Counted from the first letter of the stretch, positions 38,700 to 49,953 are shown. The stretch: DNA of 64,000 bases from an uncultured Nitrospiraceae bacterium (GCA_963706325.1 CAVPLT010000001.1:800001-864000); one strand, 5' to 3'. Notes: generated by a model from the sequence alone, not told the origin. Program-made: numbers and translations.

Positions 38700-39605
38700 T
38701 CACAGTAAATCGTCTGCCGCATCATCCGTCTGGAGGTCTGCCGGTATGGCGTCGGTCCGAAGGGCGGAGAAGTCGAACAAATCGCGATCCAATAACAGCG
38801 GAGGGGCAACATTGGAAAGCGCTGCGAACATGCTGTCGTTGGAGCCTGGGAAACGCTGGTTCCACTCCTGCAGCATCATCTTGACCTGTTTTCGTTTGAG
38901 ATCTTCTTGTGAGCCACACAGGTCGCAGGGAATGATCGGGAATTGGAGCAGGGCCGCATACCGTTCCAGGTCCGCCTCCTTCACATAGGCTAACGGCCTG
39001 ATTATGAGATGACGACCGCTCTTAGAGAGCAGCTTTGGGGGCATCGTCTTGAGCTTGCCGGTAAAAAACAAATTCAGCAGGAGTGTCTCCAGGATGTCGT
39101 CACGATGATGGCCTAGCGCGATTTTGGTCGCTCCCAACTCCGTGGCGAGGCGGTAGAGATGTCCGCGCCGAAGACGAGAGCAGAGTGAGCAGGTGGTCTG
39201 ACCTTCCGGGATCAGCCGCTTGACGATTGAATAGGTATCGCGTGTTTCGACATGAAAGGGCACGCCGCGGCGAGTGAGATACTCTGGAAGCACATGGGCG
39301 GGAAAGCCCGGTTGTTTCTGATCCAGATTCACGGCGATGAGGTCGAAATGAATCGGGGCTCGACTGCGTAGCGAGAGCAAAGCCTCCAACAGACCGTAAC
39401 TGTCTTTTCCTCCGGAGAGGCACACCATAACCTTGTCGCCATCCTCGATCATGCGGTAATCGGCGATGGCTTGCCCCACCAGACGGCAGAGGCGGGTCTG
39501 AAGCTTGTCAATGTCGTCTTGGCGTGTGGCTCGTTGTATGGGGATTATGGGTGGCGGTGTCATGGGGCTCGGCATGGCGGGCATTGTATCGCAAGAAGGA
39601 ATCAA
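38700..39605 (-). CDS. ttcA: tRNA 2-thiocytidine(32) synthetase
   Basis: SGGKDS PP-loop, [24 protein letters not shown]. Confidence 0.96.
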   Translation of the reverse strand: MIPSCDTMPAMPSPMTPPPIIPIQRATRQDDIDKLQTRLCRLVGQAIADYRMIEDGDKVMVCLSGGKDSYGLLEALLSLRSRAPIHFDLIAVNLDQKQPGFPAHVLPEYLTRRGVPFHVETRDTYSIVKRLIPEGQTTCSLCSRLRRGHLYRLATELGATKIALGHHRDDILETLLLNLFFTGKLKTMPPKLLSKSGRHLIIRPLAYVKEADLERYAALLQFPIIPCDLCGSQEDLKRKQVKMMLQEWNQRFPGSNDSMFAALSNVAPPLLLDRDLFDFSALRTDAIPADLQTDDAADDLL

Positions 39606-39980
39606 ATGGGATGCTCTTCTTCAAGCCGTAGGCCGCATCGTCGAGGATTTGGGCCAGGTGAAAAGGGAGGCGTCCATCTTCCCGTTCTGAGCGAATGAAT
39701 CAGCAGGGGACGCAACCCGCTCGTACAGGTCCTTCCAGGGCGAAGTCTCTTGCGAGCCCGCGCCACATAGCCGGTCATACCTCGAAGTGACCTCTCATTT
39801 TTTGTTGCCAATCTTCACGGGCCGAAGCTCAACTCAATAGAGCCTGCACTCTTCTGTCCGATTTATGGTTTTCCCTGACAGGGAAGTCCGAAGGTCAGGA
39901 CAGGTTCCCGGCATAATTTCAACGGAATGCTATAGTTGATACAGACAAAATGGCGTCGAACGGGGCTTTTTGGTGGTCGA

Positions 39981-41045
39981 ATGATGGCTCGGACACACAT
40001 CCAGCGGCGAGATCGGTCACGTAGGGTCGCCTCGGTCCCGGATTGGGCAAATTGGAGTGATGACCAGCTCCTCGATCTGCGCATGTGTGATCTGCATGTG
40101 CGATTGGAAGGCAGCTTTTACGAGAGGCCTATTGCCCAGCTTCAGCGTGAATTGACCGCCAGGAGACTGCTATTCCAGCCGTACGTCTGGATCTCGGACG
40201 AATGGTTCACTCCGGACGGCGTGCCTGGCATTGCCGTGCCCTTCTATCTTGCACATCCCCGATTGGCGAAATTGGAAGCGAGCCAAATGTTGGAGGTTGA
40301 GGGCGGCACCATGGACTGGTGCATGCGCATCTTGCGACACGAGGCCGGCCATGCCATTGAAAATGCGTACCTATTGCGTCGTCGGCGCCGCCGACAGAAA
40401 CTTTTTGGGCGATCTTCGCAGCCGTATCCAACGTATTACACCCCGCGCCCCTATAGCCGGAGCTTTGTGCGTCATTTGGATGTCTGGTATGCCCAGAGCC
40501 ATCCCGATGAAGACTTCGCGGAGACATTCGCCGTGTGGCTCGATCCACATTCACTCTGGAAGGAGCGCTACCGCGAATGGCCGGTGATGAAAAAACTGGA
40601 GTTTATGGAGCGGCTCATGGGTGAACTGGCCGGAGCAACACCGATTGTGACGGGGCGACAGCAACTGGACCCATTGCCGGGCATTTACAAAACGCTGCGT
40701 GACCATTATGAGGAAAAGCGGAAGCACTATGGGATCGGTCGGGCGCCGTCGTACGACGCAGATTTGAAGAAGTTGTTCTCCGACGCGCCGGGCCATGTCA
40801 AAAACCAGACGGCCGCGGAATTTCTTCGTCGAACCAGAAAAGAAATACGCCGGCGAGTTGCGGAGTGGACGGGTGAATATCACTACACGATCGATCAGGT
40901 TTTAGAAGGTATGATCGACCGATGTCAGGCGTTGAAACTGCACCTGACTGTCCAGAAAGACCAAGCCAAGTTGGATTTTGCGATTCTTCTGACGGTGCAG
41001 ACCATGAACTATCTTCACACCGGCCGACATAAGGTGGCGTTATGA
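39981..41045 (+). CDS. Putative zinc metallopeptidase (zincin, Peptidase_Mx-like)
   Basis: HEAGH and YAQSHPDEDFAETF motifs; no signal peptide. Confidence 0.88.
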   Translation: MMARTHIQRRDRSRRVASVPDWANWSDDQLLDLRMCDLHVRLEGSFYERPIAQLQRELTARRLLFQPYVWISDEWFTPDGVPGIAVPFYLAHPRLAKLEASQMLEVEGGTMDWCMRILRHEAGHAIENAYLLRRRRRRQKLFGRSSQPYPTYYTPRPYSRSFVRHLDVWYAQSHPDEDFAETFAVWLDPHSLWKERYREWPVMKKLEFMERLMGELAGATPIVTGRQQLDPLPGIYKTLRDHYEEKRKHYGIGRAPSYDADLKKLFSDAPGHVKNQTAAEFLRRTRKEIRRRVAEWTGEYHYTIDQVLEGMIDRCQALKLHLTVQKDQAKLDFAILLTVQTMNYLHTGRHKVAL

Positions 41046-42064
41046 GACGACTGCGTATTCTCGTGTTGATGCACAAAGACCTCGTCCCGCCGGAGCAGTT
41101 GACCGGGCAGGATCTCGAAGTGGCGGCCTGGAAGACGGAGTACGACGTGGTTTCTACGTTGCGCAAGCTGGGCCACGACGTGCAGGCCCTCGGCGTGAAG
41201 AGCGATTTGGAAGTGATCCGCGCGGCCGTGGAGGAGTGGAAGCCGCAGATTGCCTTCAATCTACTGGAAGAGTTCGATGGCATGGCGGTCTACGATCAGA
41301 ACGTGGTGTCCTATCTCGAATTAATGCGCATTCCCTACACCGGGTGCAACCCGCGCGGCCTCATGCTGGCGCGGGACAAGGCGCTGGCCAAGCAGGTCAT
41401 GTCGTACCATCGCATTCCCTATCCGGAATTTATGGTGGTACCGCTGCACCGCATGGTTCGCCGGCCTAAATATTTGCCCTTTCCATTAATTGTGAAGTCG
41501 ATCAGCGAAGAGGCGTCCCTGGGGATTTCACAAGCCTCCATCGTGGAGGATGATGAAAAGCTGCGGGAGCGAGTCAAATTTATCCATGACAATGTCGGCA
41601 CAGGAGCCTTGATCGAGCGGTACATCGAAGGACGAGAGCTCTATGTCGGCGTCATGGGGAATGCGCATCTGCAAGTCTTTCCGGTGTGGGAATTGGTGAT
41701 GGATAAGATGCCTGACGAGGCGAAGCGGATCGCGACCGAGCGCGTCAAATGGAGTCGCAAATATCAAGAGAAATATGGCATCCGCTCCTGTGAAGCGAGA
41801 AATTTGCCGGAGGGGGTCGTTGACCATATTCAACACCTGGCCAAGCGCGTTTACCGCGCGTTGGGGCTCAGCGGGTATGCCCGGATCGACATGCGGATGG
41901 ATAAAGACGGCGTCGTATATGTCTTGGAGGCCAATCCCAATCCCCAAATCGCCACCGGGGAAGATTTTGCCGACTCCGCTGAAAAGGCGAATCTCGCCTA
42001 CAAAGATCTGCTGCAGGAATTGCTGCATGTCGGGTTGCGGTGGCGCCCGGCCCAAGCCGCCTAG
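41042..42064 (+). CDS. ATP-grasp ligase, D-Ala-D-Ala-ligase-like
   Basis: PYTG, DKALAK, LIVK...ASLGI, ERYIEGRE, ARID, EANPNP; lacks the Ddl GGxSxE N-terminal motif. Confidence 0.88.
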   Translation: MRRLRILVLMHKDLVPPEQLTGQDLEVAAWKTEYDVVSTLRKLGHDVQALGVKSDLEVIRAAVEEWKPQIAFNLLEEFDGMAVYDQNVVSYLELMRIPYTGCNPRGLMLARDKALAKQVMSYHRIPYPEFMVVPLHRMVRRPKYLPFPLIVKSISEEASLGISQASIVEDDEKLRERVKFIHDNVGTGALIERYIEGRELYVGVMGNAHLQVFPVWELVMDKMPDEAKRIATERVKWSRKYQEKYGIRSCEARNLPEGVVDHIQHLAKRVYRALGLSGYARIDMRMDKDGVVYVLEANPNPQIATGEDFADSAEKANLAYKDLLQELLHVGLRWRPAQAA

Positions 42065-42067
42065 GCA

Positions 42068-42183
42068 GGCGCTGAAACGAGCCTCCAACTTCGTTATCGC
42101 TTCTCTCAAGACTTCGACGTACTTGGCGCAGTACGCTCAGTCTTTCGTGCGCTGCGGTCTTGATGAAAGCCCGTTTGAACTCT
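42068..42183. repeat. Degenerate interspersed palindromic repeat (MITE/REP-like)
   Basis: Imperfect terminal IR GGCGCTGAAACGAGC...GCCCGTTTGAACTCT; core ACGTAC..GTACGC and CTGCGG shared with 43629-43813. Confidence 0.65.
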
Positions 42184-42433
42184 CTCCCGCAGCGATTGCG
42201 GAACACTCTTTGCTCATTTTTGCGATATCCCATCCCCGGTGATAGACGTCACGGTTGTAATGGTCCTCGGCCATGAGACGGCCGTTGAGTTCGTCTGAGA
42301 AGGCAAAGGATTCTGACTCGTTGCGATGGGAGACGATTCGTATGCATGTGTACGACGGAGAGGGAAGACCTGGATGAAGACTTAAACTCAGCGTTCGACA
42401 CTGTGGGTCTGAAAATTACGGCCCCCAACGGAT

Positions 42434-42982
42434 TCAGAACAGAAGCGCGACGCTGGTGTTGTCATCGGGAACCGGGGGCGAGAGCGTGATGTGGCGCAGG
42501 TTCAGCATGAGCGTGGTGGCGAAGGCGATTTTTGGTCCGACCTGATATTCCAGCGACATCCCGAGTGGAATGAAGTGGCTGGTATCGTTGCGATCAATTT
42601 TGGATGGGCCGCTGCCGCGGTTCAGATCGGCATGCAGAAAACCGATCCCGGCGAACGGCACGAGATTGAATCCACTGTTGAGGCGAAGATGATACTTGGC
42701 TACGACGGCAACACCGATCTGTGTCAGGTCGCCGACCGGCGTGAAGAGGGCCATCCCGTCAAAGGAAAAATTCTGGTCCATGTAGTAGTCGAGCCCGAAG
42801 CCGAGCGCGAACGTCGTGTTGTTGGTGGTGCCGGTCCAGAGACCGAGGTCGGTGTTGAAGCCCCAGCGCGCCTCCTGCACGTCGGTCGATTTCACTGGTT
42901 CGGCTTTCGCGGGAGAAGGCCATCTTAAGCCCACGCAGGTGAGGCTTAGCAGAACCAGTGGGAGGCGCTTGTTGATTTTCAC
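42434..42982 (-). CDS. Small outer-membrane beta-barrel protein, possibly C-terminally truncated
   Basis: Signal peptide; amphipathic strands (FALGFGLDYY, LVPFAGIGF, LGMSLEYQV); TGA followed in frame by IRWGP-TAA. Confidence 0.75.
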   Translation of the reverse strand: MKINKRLPLVLLSLTCVGLRWPSPAKAEPVKSTDVQEARWGFNTDLGLWTGTTNNTTFALGFGLDYYMDQNFSFDGMALFTPVGDLTQIGVAVVAKYHLRLNSGFNLVPFAGIGFLHADLNRGSGPSKIDRNDTSHFIPLGMSLEYQVGPKIAFATTLMLNLRHITLSPPVPDDNTSVALLF

Positions 42983-43122
42983 GATTCAGTCCTTAGATGC
43001 GGCGCGGACTGTAGCATAAGCCTTCCTAAGCGGACAAGACTTCGGGGGTACGGCGGGAACCCTGCTAGTTGTCAGTGCGCCCGTGCCTGCAGTATTCTTT
43101 TGCCCCTTACGGAAGGAGACTT

Positions 43123-43617
43123 ATGACCAATGAACCGATGACCCCGGCTCAGGCCGCGGAGTCCCTGTACAAACTGATTCCACGCCGGATTTCTGTGGTG
43201 ATGATGGGTGACTACGGCATTGATATGACCGAGGAGCAGTCGAAGGATATGACACGAGAAGTGCTCTCCTTCACACTCTATTGGGTCAATGCAGCCATCA
43301 ATGCGCACATTCCCCGGAAGTACCGCGAGGTGCTGTTTCAGCGCGTGCTGGAGTTGATTCAGGCCGATTGGGCCACTGAGTTCAAGCTTGAGATGGTGAA
43401 GTGGGAGGACTACCTGGTCGAAATGGAAGAACGGCGGGCTTTCTACGCCCACGTTGGAGATTTCGAAGGCGGCGCGATTGCAGCATCCGAGGAAATTTCA
43501 GACCTGCTCGAAGACCAGGGCCTTATTCAGCCTGAGGATCGGCCGAAGTTACTCGTGTTGCTACCCGACTTAGTGCCGCTCGATAAGTATCAGGCTCTGC
43601 TGGGCGAATGTGCGTAA
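43123..43617 (+). CDS. Hypothetical helical protein
   Basis: RBS AAGGAG; 164 aa, acidic. Confidence 0.8.
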   Translation: MTNEPMTPAQAAESLYKLIPRRISVVMMGDYGIDMTEEQSKDMTREVLSFTLYWVNAAINAHIPRKYREVLFQRVLELIQADWATEFKLEMVKWEDYLVEMEERRAFYAHVGDFEGGAIAASEEISDLLEDQGLIQPEDRPKLLVLLPDLVPLDKYQALLGECA

Positions 43618-43628
43618 ACCGTCGGGTG

Positions 43629-43813
43629 GGATGTTGAAAAAGTCCGCCAGCTTTGTTCTTGCAAGACACTGCCGCCTCACCATCCCGACGGCGTTCACAA
43701 GCGTGACGCTTCTTATTCGTCGCGTCGTGAACCTCAGAGACTTAACGTACGGCAGCTGTACGCTTCGCCTCCTCGTTCACTGCGGCCGCGATGGACGGCC
43801 ATTTTGAACACCC
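43629..43813. repeat. Interspersed palindromic repeat (MITE/REP-like), long form
   Basis: Terminal IR GGATGTTGAAAAAGTCCGCC...GGACGGCCATTTTGAACACCC between convergent genes. Confidence 0.75.
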
Positions 43814-43851
43814 GCGAGCAATCCTGTTTGCAGTAGCGAGGCGACGACCTG

Positions 43852-44457
43852 TTACAGATACCGGTGCGACAAGACCTTGCCGGTATTCTCGAGTTCGTAC
43901 AGCAGTGGTGCTCCGGTTGGAATGTTGAGCTCCAGGACCTGCTCTCTGGTCAATTGCTCGAGTTGCATGACTAATGCGCGAAGGCTGTTGCCATGGGCGG
44001 CTATCAGAATGGTTTCTCCCTGAAGGACAAAGGGTTTGATTCGGCTGTCATAATAAGGCAGTACCCGTTCGGCCGTGTCTTTCAAGCTTTCCCCTCCCGG
44101 GGGGCGCACGTCATAACTGCGGCGCCAGATTTTGACCTGCTCATCTCCGAACTTCTTGGCCGTCTCAGCTTTGTTCAGCCCCTGCAATTCTCCGTACATA
44201 CGCTCGTTCAGCGCCTTGTCCTTTTCGATGGGAATGGCTGTCTGTCCGATTGCCTCAAGGATAATCCGCATGGTTTCGTTGGCGCGGGCCAATATCGAGG
44301 AGAATGCGCGATCGAAGGTAAACCCAGCCAGTTTCTTCCCGGCCGCCTTCGCCTCTTCGATGCCTTTGGGAGAGAGCGGGACATCCACCCAGCCGGTGAA
44401 GCGATTTTCTAAATTCCACTGCGACTCGCCGTGACGAATGAGAACCAATTTGCTCAT
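43852..44457 (-). CDS. gpmA: 2,3-bisphosphoglycerate-dependent phosphoglycerate mutase
   Basis: [27 protein letters not shown]. Confidence 0.97.
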   Translation of the reverse strand: MSKLVLIRHGESQWNLENRFTGWVDVPLSPKGIEEAKAAGKKLAGFTFDRAFSSILARANETMRIILEAIGQTAIPIEKDKALNERMYGELQGLNKAETAKKFGDEQVKIWRRSYDVRPPGGESLKDTAERVLPYYDSRIKPFVLQGETILIAAHGNSLRALVMQLEQLTREQVLELNIPTGAPLLYELENTGKVLSHRYL

Positions 44458-44641
44458 CGTGCCTTGTCTCCTTCTCCGAGAGGATAGAACTTCGTGACGA
44501 CAGCTTATGCGATTTCCTCTTCACTCTGTCAAGCGTTCTGCACCGCCAGAGAAGGCACTCGCACATGGGAGGGCGCGGTTGCATTCACATGAGGCAGCCA
44601 GTACCATGCCGCCGACTTGACCTTATCCGTGGATCGTCACA

Positions 44642-45472
44642 ATGACTCCTGTTCCGCCATCAGATTGGGGTCCGCTGCAGCACTGGTGGCAGGCGATGGG
44701 CCGGCGCCTGCAGGTTGAAGATCGGGTGGAAGCATTTTTTAGGCGCGCGCTTGGAGTCAGCCAGGCCTTAGTCGGTGTGGCACAGGTCGGCGGCCAGGTC
44801 GAGTATGTCTTGTTCGTGCTCGTGCGCTATTGGATCCCCGTCGAGTTGCCGCCGCCTGGGCGCGAGCGTGCCTCCAAAGGTGATCCCGACTACTGGCTCG
44901 AATCGGAGCAGATTCTCAAAGCTGCGGCGGTGCGACTGCGAGAGCTGAAGCCGTTGATCGAGCTGCTCACGGCAGCCAATCCATTGACCTTGGGTGCGGG
45001 AGACCAGGTTTCGGCTCAGCCGCCGGTCGTGGAGGTCGAACTAGCCAATATGTTGCAGGGCATCGCCGAATCCGCCGGGAGTTATGGAGGCCCGGACTAT
45101 ACCTCGGTGATCAAGACGTTTGATCCGGTTCCGCTGCGGCAAACCCAGCCCTTCAAACACAACAAGAAGAACAGCGCCGAACTCTGGGTAGTGTTTCTGC
45201 TACGCGAGCACTTCCGAAATCTCAGCATCGGTAAGGATCGCTATTGGCCGCTTGTGGCCGGGCTCTGTGCCGCTGCCGGCATCACTAATCCCAATGGACA
45301 GATCTATGGCCCTGATGAACTCAAATCCTGGTGGCAGAAGAACTGGCCGCGAACCTACACGCAGCTTGAGCCAACTCAAACCGGGCCCGACCTAAGCGGC
45401 GCAGCCTACCAGCAGGATTTTGACTGGTTCGTGTCCTGGATCGAATGGCAGCGGAAACGCACGTCGCTCTAG
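44642..45472 (+). CDS. Hypothetical protein
   Basis: 276-aa ORF; TTGCAT-17-TACCAT promoter-like sequence upstream. Confidence 0.8.
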   Translation: MTPVPPSDWGPLQHWWQAMGRRLQVEDRVEAFFRRALGVSQALVGVAQVGGQVEYVLFVLVRYWIPVELPPPGRERASKGDPDYWLESEQILKAAAVRLRELKPLIELLTAANPLTLGAGDQVSAQPPVVEVELANMLQGIAESAGSYGGPDYTSVIKTFDPVPLRQTQPFKHNKKNSAELWVVFLLREHFRNLSIGKDRYWPLVAGLCAAAGITNPNGQIYGPDELKSWWQKNWPRTYTQLEPTQTGPDLSGAAYQQDFDWFVSWIEWQRKRTSL

Positions 45473-45674
45473 CGAGAGGCTGCGAAGGTTAGCCAAGTAT
45501 CCTCTGGCATACTCGGAACCTCCACGGACCGAACATCGTATGCCTCACCCATTCGCCGTCTGCCTGCTTCTTGAATGGCATATTGAGCATCCCATTGAGG
45601 CTGATAGCCAGGGGACTGCAGATCCCTAGCTGTCGAGGGAAAGTTTTCTCAGCTTCTTTGCGGGAAGTGTCCGC

Positions 45675-46328
45675 TTACACGCTGGTCAGGCTGGCAGGGT
45701 GAGGCTTAGCTGGAGTCCCTTTCGGTCCATCCGGCGCACCGTCCTTAAACATGGCGACTACGAGGCCGATCTTAAGCACGAGCAGGCCGACGCCGACCCA
45801 GACCACATACGGTTGCACGCCCCCAAGTTCCCCCAGGAGCTTTTGTCTCGTTTCCCCGCCCGTGGCCCGTTCGCCCTTGATCTTGGCGATCTGCTCCTTC
45901 ACATGCCAAAAGTAGATGTAGTTGGCGCTGGCTCCCGCGATGATTCGCCAGATGATGTCGGCGGAGAGGTCTTGGGTGATGTAGAACGCCATGGCGGGAC
46001 CGATGGCATAGATCGCGGCGTACACATACATCTTTCGGTAGAGAAACCACAGGAATGGCTCAAAAATGAAGGCCGGCCAATGCCATGTCATTGCGAATTG
46101 TGGTCCCGCGGGACCCATAAACTTTTTGAACGTCGTCAGATACCGGTCGGCATTCGGGCCGAGAAAGGTCTTCCAGAGTTCCGCATCCGTCTGGGGCTGC
46201 GGAGGGGGTGACGATGGTTCCGCTTCTACCGCGGCCTCTTGGCTTTCCATGGCGAAGGCGCCACCGCATTGGTGACAAAAACGGGCGTCATCTTGGTTCT
46301 GTTGCTGGCATTGAGAGCAGGGTTTCAT
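45675..46328 (-). CDS. Zinc-ribbon plus DUF2628-like membrane protein
   Basis: CSQC...FCHQCG; WHWPAF...WFLYRKMY; ANYIY; TM helices. Confidence 0.85.
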   Translation of the reverse strand: MKPCSQCQQQNQDDARFCHQCGGAFAMESQEAAVEAEPSSPPPQPQTDAELWKTFLGPNADRYLTTFKKFMGPAGPQFAMTWHWPAFIFEPFLWFLYRKMYVYAAIYAIGPAMAFYITQDLSADIIWRIIAGASANYIYFWHVKEQIAKIKGERATGGETRQKLLGELGGVQPYVVWVGVGLLVLKIGLVVAMFKDGAPDGPKGTPAKPHPASLTSV

Positions 46329-46502
46329 ACCGCACCTTATCACATCCGCCGTCTGTCCCCGTCAAGGGACGACTAGGATGATTGCTGGCCGTATGGGGAG
46401 CGGCCCGCTCGCCGCGCTGGGAGCCGCGAATGCGCATTGCTTCGGTTGCTTTCACGTTTTCCCTATGGTAGCTTCGCCGACTCATGTGGGGAGAGGTGTG
46501 TC

Positions 46503-47708
46503 ATGCCGACGGGTGAGCTGCGTCTCAACGCCGAACAGTACTTGATGGATACCTATACGCGCCAGCCGATTTCGATCGTGCGCGGTCGGGGCACCAAGGT
46601 CTATGACCTGGAAGGACGCGAGTACGTCGATTTTGTGGCCGGCATTGCCGTGAATTTGCTGGGGCATGGGCATCCTGATTTGGTGTTGGCCATTCAGAAA
46701 CAGGTGCGGCAGCTGATCCACACATCGAATCTGTATTTTACTGAACCACAGGTACAGTTGGCCAAGATGCTGGTCGAGCACTCGTTTGCGCAGAAAGTCT
46801 TTTTTTGCAACAGCGGCGCGGAAGCGAATGAAGCGGCGATCAAACTGGCCCGGAAATATTCCTTCGATAAGTACGGCGCCGATCGGCACGACATCATCAC
46901 GATGAAAAATTCCTTTCACGGGCGCACGATGGCCACGTTGACGGCAACGGGTCAGGAAAAAGTGCAGAAGGGCTTTGCCCCGCTGATGCCGGGATTTTCT
47001 TATGTCGAGTTCAACGATCTCACGGAAGTCGGGCGAGCCATGACGCCAAAAACCGCCGCGGTGATGCTGGAGCCCATTCAGGCGGAGGGGGGAGTCTATG
47101 TCGCGGATCGAGGCTATTTGCAGGGATTGCGGGAGTTGTGTCGGGAGCGCGATGTGCTCCTCATTTTCGACGAGGTGCAGACGGGCATGGGCCGGACCGG
47201 CACGCTCTTCTGCTACGAACAGTTCGGCATGCAGCCGGATATCATGACTTTAGCGAAGGGGCTCGGAGGCGGTGTGCCGATCGGGGCCTGTCTCGCCACA
47301 GACGTTGTGGCACGGACGTTTTCTCCCGGAACTCACGCGTCGACGTTCGGCGGTAATCCTTTGGCCTGCGCCGCAGGCCTCGCCGTGCTACGAGTGCTCT
47401 TGCATGGAAAGATCCTCGAGAAGAGCCGACGGGCCGGTGAAAGTTTAGCGAAGGGGTTGGCGGCTCTCAAAGAGCGGCATCGTCTTGTGAAAGACGTGCG
47501 CGGTTTAGGTTTGTTGCAGGCTATTGAATTGGACATCGACGGGAGAGCTGTGGTTGCCGATTGTCTCGCCCGCGGGATATTGATCAACTGCACCGGCGAT
47601 CATGTCCTGCGTTTTGTTCCGCCGCTGATTATCACGGAGCCGGAGATTGCCTGCTTGATGAACGCGCTCACTCAGATTTTTAGTCAACGAACTACTTCAA
47701 CCCATTAA
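46503..47708 (+). CDS. argD: Acetylornithine aminotransferase
   Basis: NSGAEANE, FHGRT, DEVQTG, AKGLGGG, STFGGNP; heads the arg cluster. Confidence 0.95.
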   Translation: MPTGELRLNAEQYLMDTYTRQPISIVRGRGTKVYDLEGREYVDFVAGIAVNLLGHGHPDLVLAIQKQVRQLIHTSNLYFTEPQVQLAKMLVEHSFAQKVFFCNSGAEANEAAIKLARKYSFDKYGADRHDIITMKNSFHGRTMATLTATGQEKVQKGFAPLMPGFSYVEFNDLTEVGRAMTPKTAAVMLEPIQAEGGVYVADRGYLQGLRELCRERDVLLIFDEVQTGMGRTGTLFCYEQFGMQPDIMTLAKGLGGGVPIGACLATDVVARTFSPGTHASTFGGNPLACAAGLAVLRVLLHGKILEKSRRAGESLAKGLAALKERHRLVKDVRGLGLLQAIELDIDGRAVVADCLARGILINCTGDHVLRFVPPLIITEPEIACLMNALTQIFSQRTTSTH

Positions 47709-47723
47709 CCCTTAGGGGCGCAT

Positions 47724-48707
47724 ATGTCGCGGCGTCCTCGTCAAGCCACAACCAAGGCCGGTTTCGGGAAGGATTTCCTGGAACTGCTCTCGATTCCCAG
47801 CGCAGAGCTGACGGCGTTACTCCGTCTAGCCGCACAGCTCAAAGTGAAGCAACGTCGTGGGATGCTGCATCCTCTGTTGCCGGGGCGTATGTTGGGTCTT
47901 CTGTTTCAGAAGCCCTCGACCCGCACGAGGGTGTCCTTCGAGGCTGGGATGAATCAGCTTGGGGGGCAGGCCATGGTGTTGCCCATGGGCGATATTCAGT
48001 TGTCCCGCGGTGAGAGTGTGGCCGATACCGCGCGTGTCTTATCGCGATATCTGGACGCGATCGTGGTGCGTACCTTTGACCATGCCATTGTCGAGGAATG
48101 GGCCCGTGAGGCGACCATTCCGGTGATCAATGGCCTCACGGATCTGAATCACCCGTGCCAGGCGCTCTCCGATCTGTTGACCATTCAGGAAAAAAGAGGG
48201 CGGCTGAAGGGAGTCAAGATTGCCTATGTCGGCGATGGCAACAATGTGACGAATTCGCTGATCGAGGCCGCGGCAAAAATGGGGATGACGATCGCCGTAG
48301 GCTGCCCGCCCGGCTATCAGCCGGACCAACACATCGTGGATCTGGCTCGTGAGGAAGCCCAGCGGACCGGGGCGGTGATTGAGATCGGGGCCGATCCGCT
48401 CGTGGCGGTCAAGGATGCCGATGTGGTCTATACCGATGTGTGGATCAGTATGGGACGCGAGCGAGAGCAGGCCAGGCGGCTCAAAACCTTGGCGCCCTAT
48501 CAACTGAACGAGCGATTGCTGAAACGAGCGAAGCCGGGTGCGCTGGTGATGCATTGTCTGCCGGCCCATCGCGGCGAGGAGATCAGCGCCGAAGTGCTGG
48601 ATGGCCCGCAGTCGGTGGTGCTGGATCAGGCCGAAAATCGACTGCACATGCAGAAGGCCATTCTGGTGAGACTTTTGGCCAAGAAAAAGGCAACCAAGAA
48701 GCCGTAA
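47724..48707 (+). CDS. argF: Ornithine carbamoyltransferase
   Basis: STRTR, HPCQ, DVWISMG, HCLP. Confidence 0.97.
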   Translation: MSRRPRQATTKAGFGKDFLELLSIPSAELTALLRLAAQLKVKQRRGMLHPLLPGRMLGLLFQKPSTRTRVSFEAGMNQLGGQAMVLPMGDIQLSRGESVADTARVLSRYLDAIVVRTFDHAIVEEWAREATIPVINGLTDLNHPCQALSDLLTIQEKRGRLKGVKIAYVGDGNNVTNSLIEAAAKMGMTIAVGCPPGYQPDQHIVDLAREEAQRTGAVIEIGADPLVAVKDADVVYTDVWISMGREREQARRLKTLAPYQLNERLLKRAKPGALVMHCLPAHRGEEISAEVLDGPQSVVLDQAENRLHMQKAILVRLLAKKKATKKP

Positions 48708-48732
48708 ACAGTTCACGTTGTTGAGGAGTCGC

Positions 48733-49953
48733 ATGAGTCGGTCATCGTATAAAAAAGTGGTGCTGGCCTATTCAGGAGGATTGGATACCTCCGTGATTTT
48801 GAAGTGGTTGGAAGAGGTGTACGACTGCACGGTGATCGCATTTTGCGCGGACCTGGGGCAGGGAGAAGATCTGAAGGCCATCAAAAAGAAGGCGCAGTCC
48901 CTGGGCGTGAAAAAAGTCTATGTGGAGGATCTTCGCGAGGTGTTCGTGAAAGACCATGTGTTCCCCATGTTGCGAGGGAATGCGATCTATGAAGGCAGCT
49001 ACCTGCTGGGCACGTCGATCGCCCGTCCGCTCATTGCGCGGCGCCAAATTGAAATTGCCGCCAACGAAGGCGCTGAGGCGGTATGTCACGGCGCGACCGG
49101 CAAGGGCAACGATCAAGTCCGTTTCGAGCTGACCTACATGGCGCTGCATCCGCAGATCAAGATTATCGCGCCTTGGCGGGAATGGACCATGCGTTCGCGC
49201 CGCGAATTGATCGAGTATGCGGAGCAGCACGGGATTCCAGTGACCGCCACCAAAGCGAAGCCCTACAGCATGGACATGAATTTGTTCCACACGAGTTATG
49301 AGGGCGGCATTCTCGAGGATCCCTGGGCGGCTCCGCCCGAAGAGATTTTTGTGATGTCGGTCTCGCCGGAGCGGGCGCCGAACAAGGCGCGGGAAGTCGA
49401 AATTGAGTATGTCGCGGGCGATCCGGTGGCGGTGGACGGCAAAAAGATGAGCCCGGCGACGTTATTGGCCCGCCTGAACGAGTTGGGCGGCGAGCATGGT
49501 GTCGGGCGGGTTGATCTCGTGGAAAATCGCTATGTCGGCATGAAATCACGCGGGGTGTACGAAACTCCGGGCGGCACGATTCTTCATGCCGCCCATCGAG
49601 GATTGGAGTCCCTGACGATGGATCGGGAAGTCCTGCATCTGCGGGATAGTCTCATTCCGCGGTATGCCGAGCTGATTTACTACGGATACTGGTATGCGCC
49701 TGAACGGGAAATGCTTCAGGTGGCCCTTGATGAAGCTCAGCGGGATGTGACGGGCACGGTTAGAGTGAAGCTCTACAAAGGGAGCTGCACCGTGGTGGGA
49801 CGAAAATCTCCGCGCTCACTCTATCGGCTGGATATGGCCACTTTCGAAGAGGACGATGTCTATCGACAGAAGGATGCGGAAGGCTTTATTCGTTTGAATG
49901 CCCTCCGACTGGCGATTCGAGCGCAGCGAAACAAGAAGCGATCCCGAAAGTGA
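48733..49953 (+). CDS. argG: Argininosuccinate synthase
   Basis: [31 protein letters not shown]. Confidence 0.97.
   Translation: MSRSSYKKVVLAYSGGLDTSVILKWLEEVYDCTVIAFCADLGQGEDLKAIKKKAQSLGVKKVYVEDLREVFVKDHVFPMLRGNAIYEGSYLLGTSIARPLIARRQIEIAANEGAEAVCHGATGKGNDQVRFELTYMALHPQIKIIAPWREWTMRSRRELIEYAEQHGIPVTATKAKPYSMDMNLFHTSYEGGILEDPWAAPPEEIFVMSVSPERAPNKAREVEIEYVAGDPVAVDGKKMSPATLLARLNELGGEHGVGRVDLVENRYVGMKSRGVYETPGGTILHAAHRGLESLTMDREVLHLRDSLIPRYAELIYYGYWYAPEREMLQVALDEAQRDVTGTVRVKLYKGSCTVVGRKSPRSLYRLDMATFEEDDVYRQKDAEGFIRLNALRLAIRAQRNKKRSRK

Noticed and set aside
39700..39730. c-di-GMP-I riboswitch suggested by GGGACGCAA
   Set aside because: The upstream GGCAAAC...GAAA stem and the downstream stem are absent.
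41042..42064. VanA-type glycopeptide resistance ligase
   Set aside because: No vanH/vanX/vanRS context, and Ddl/Van substrate-site motifs are missing.
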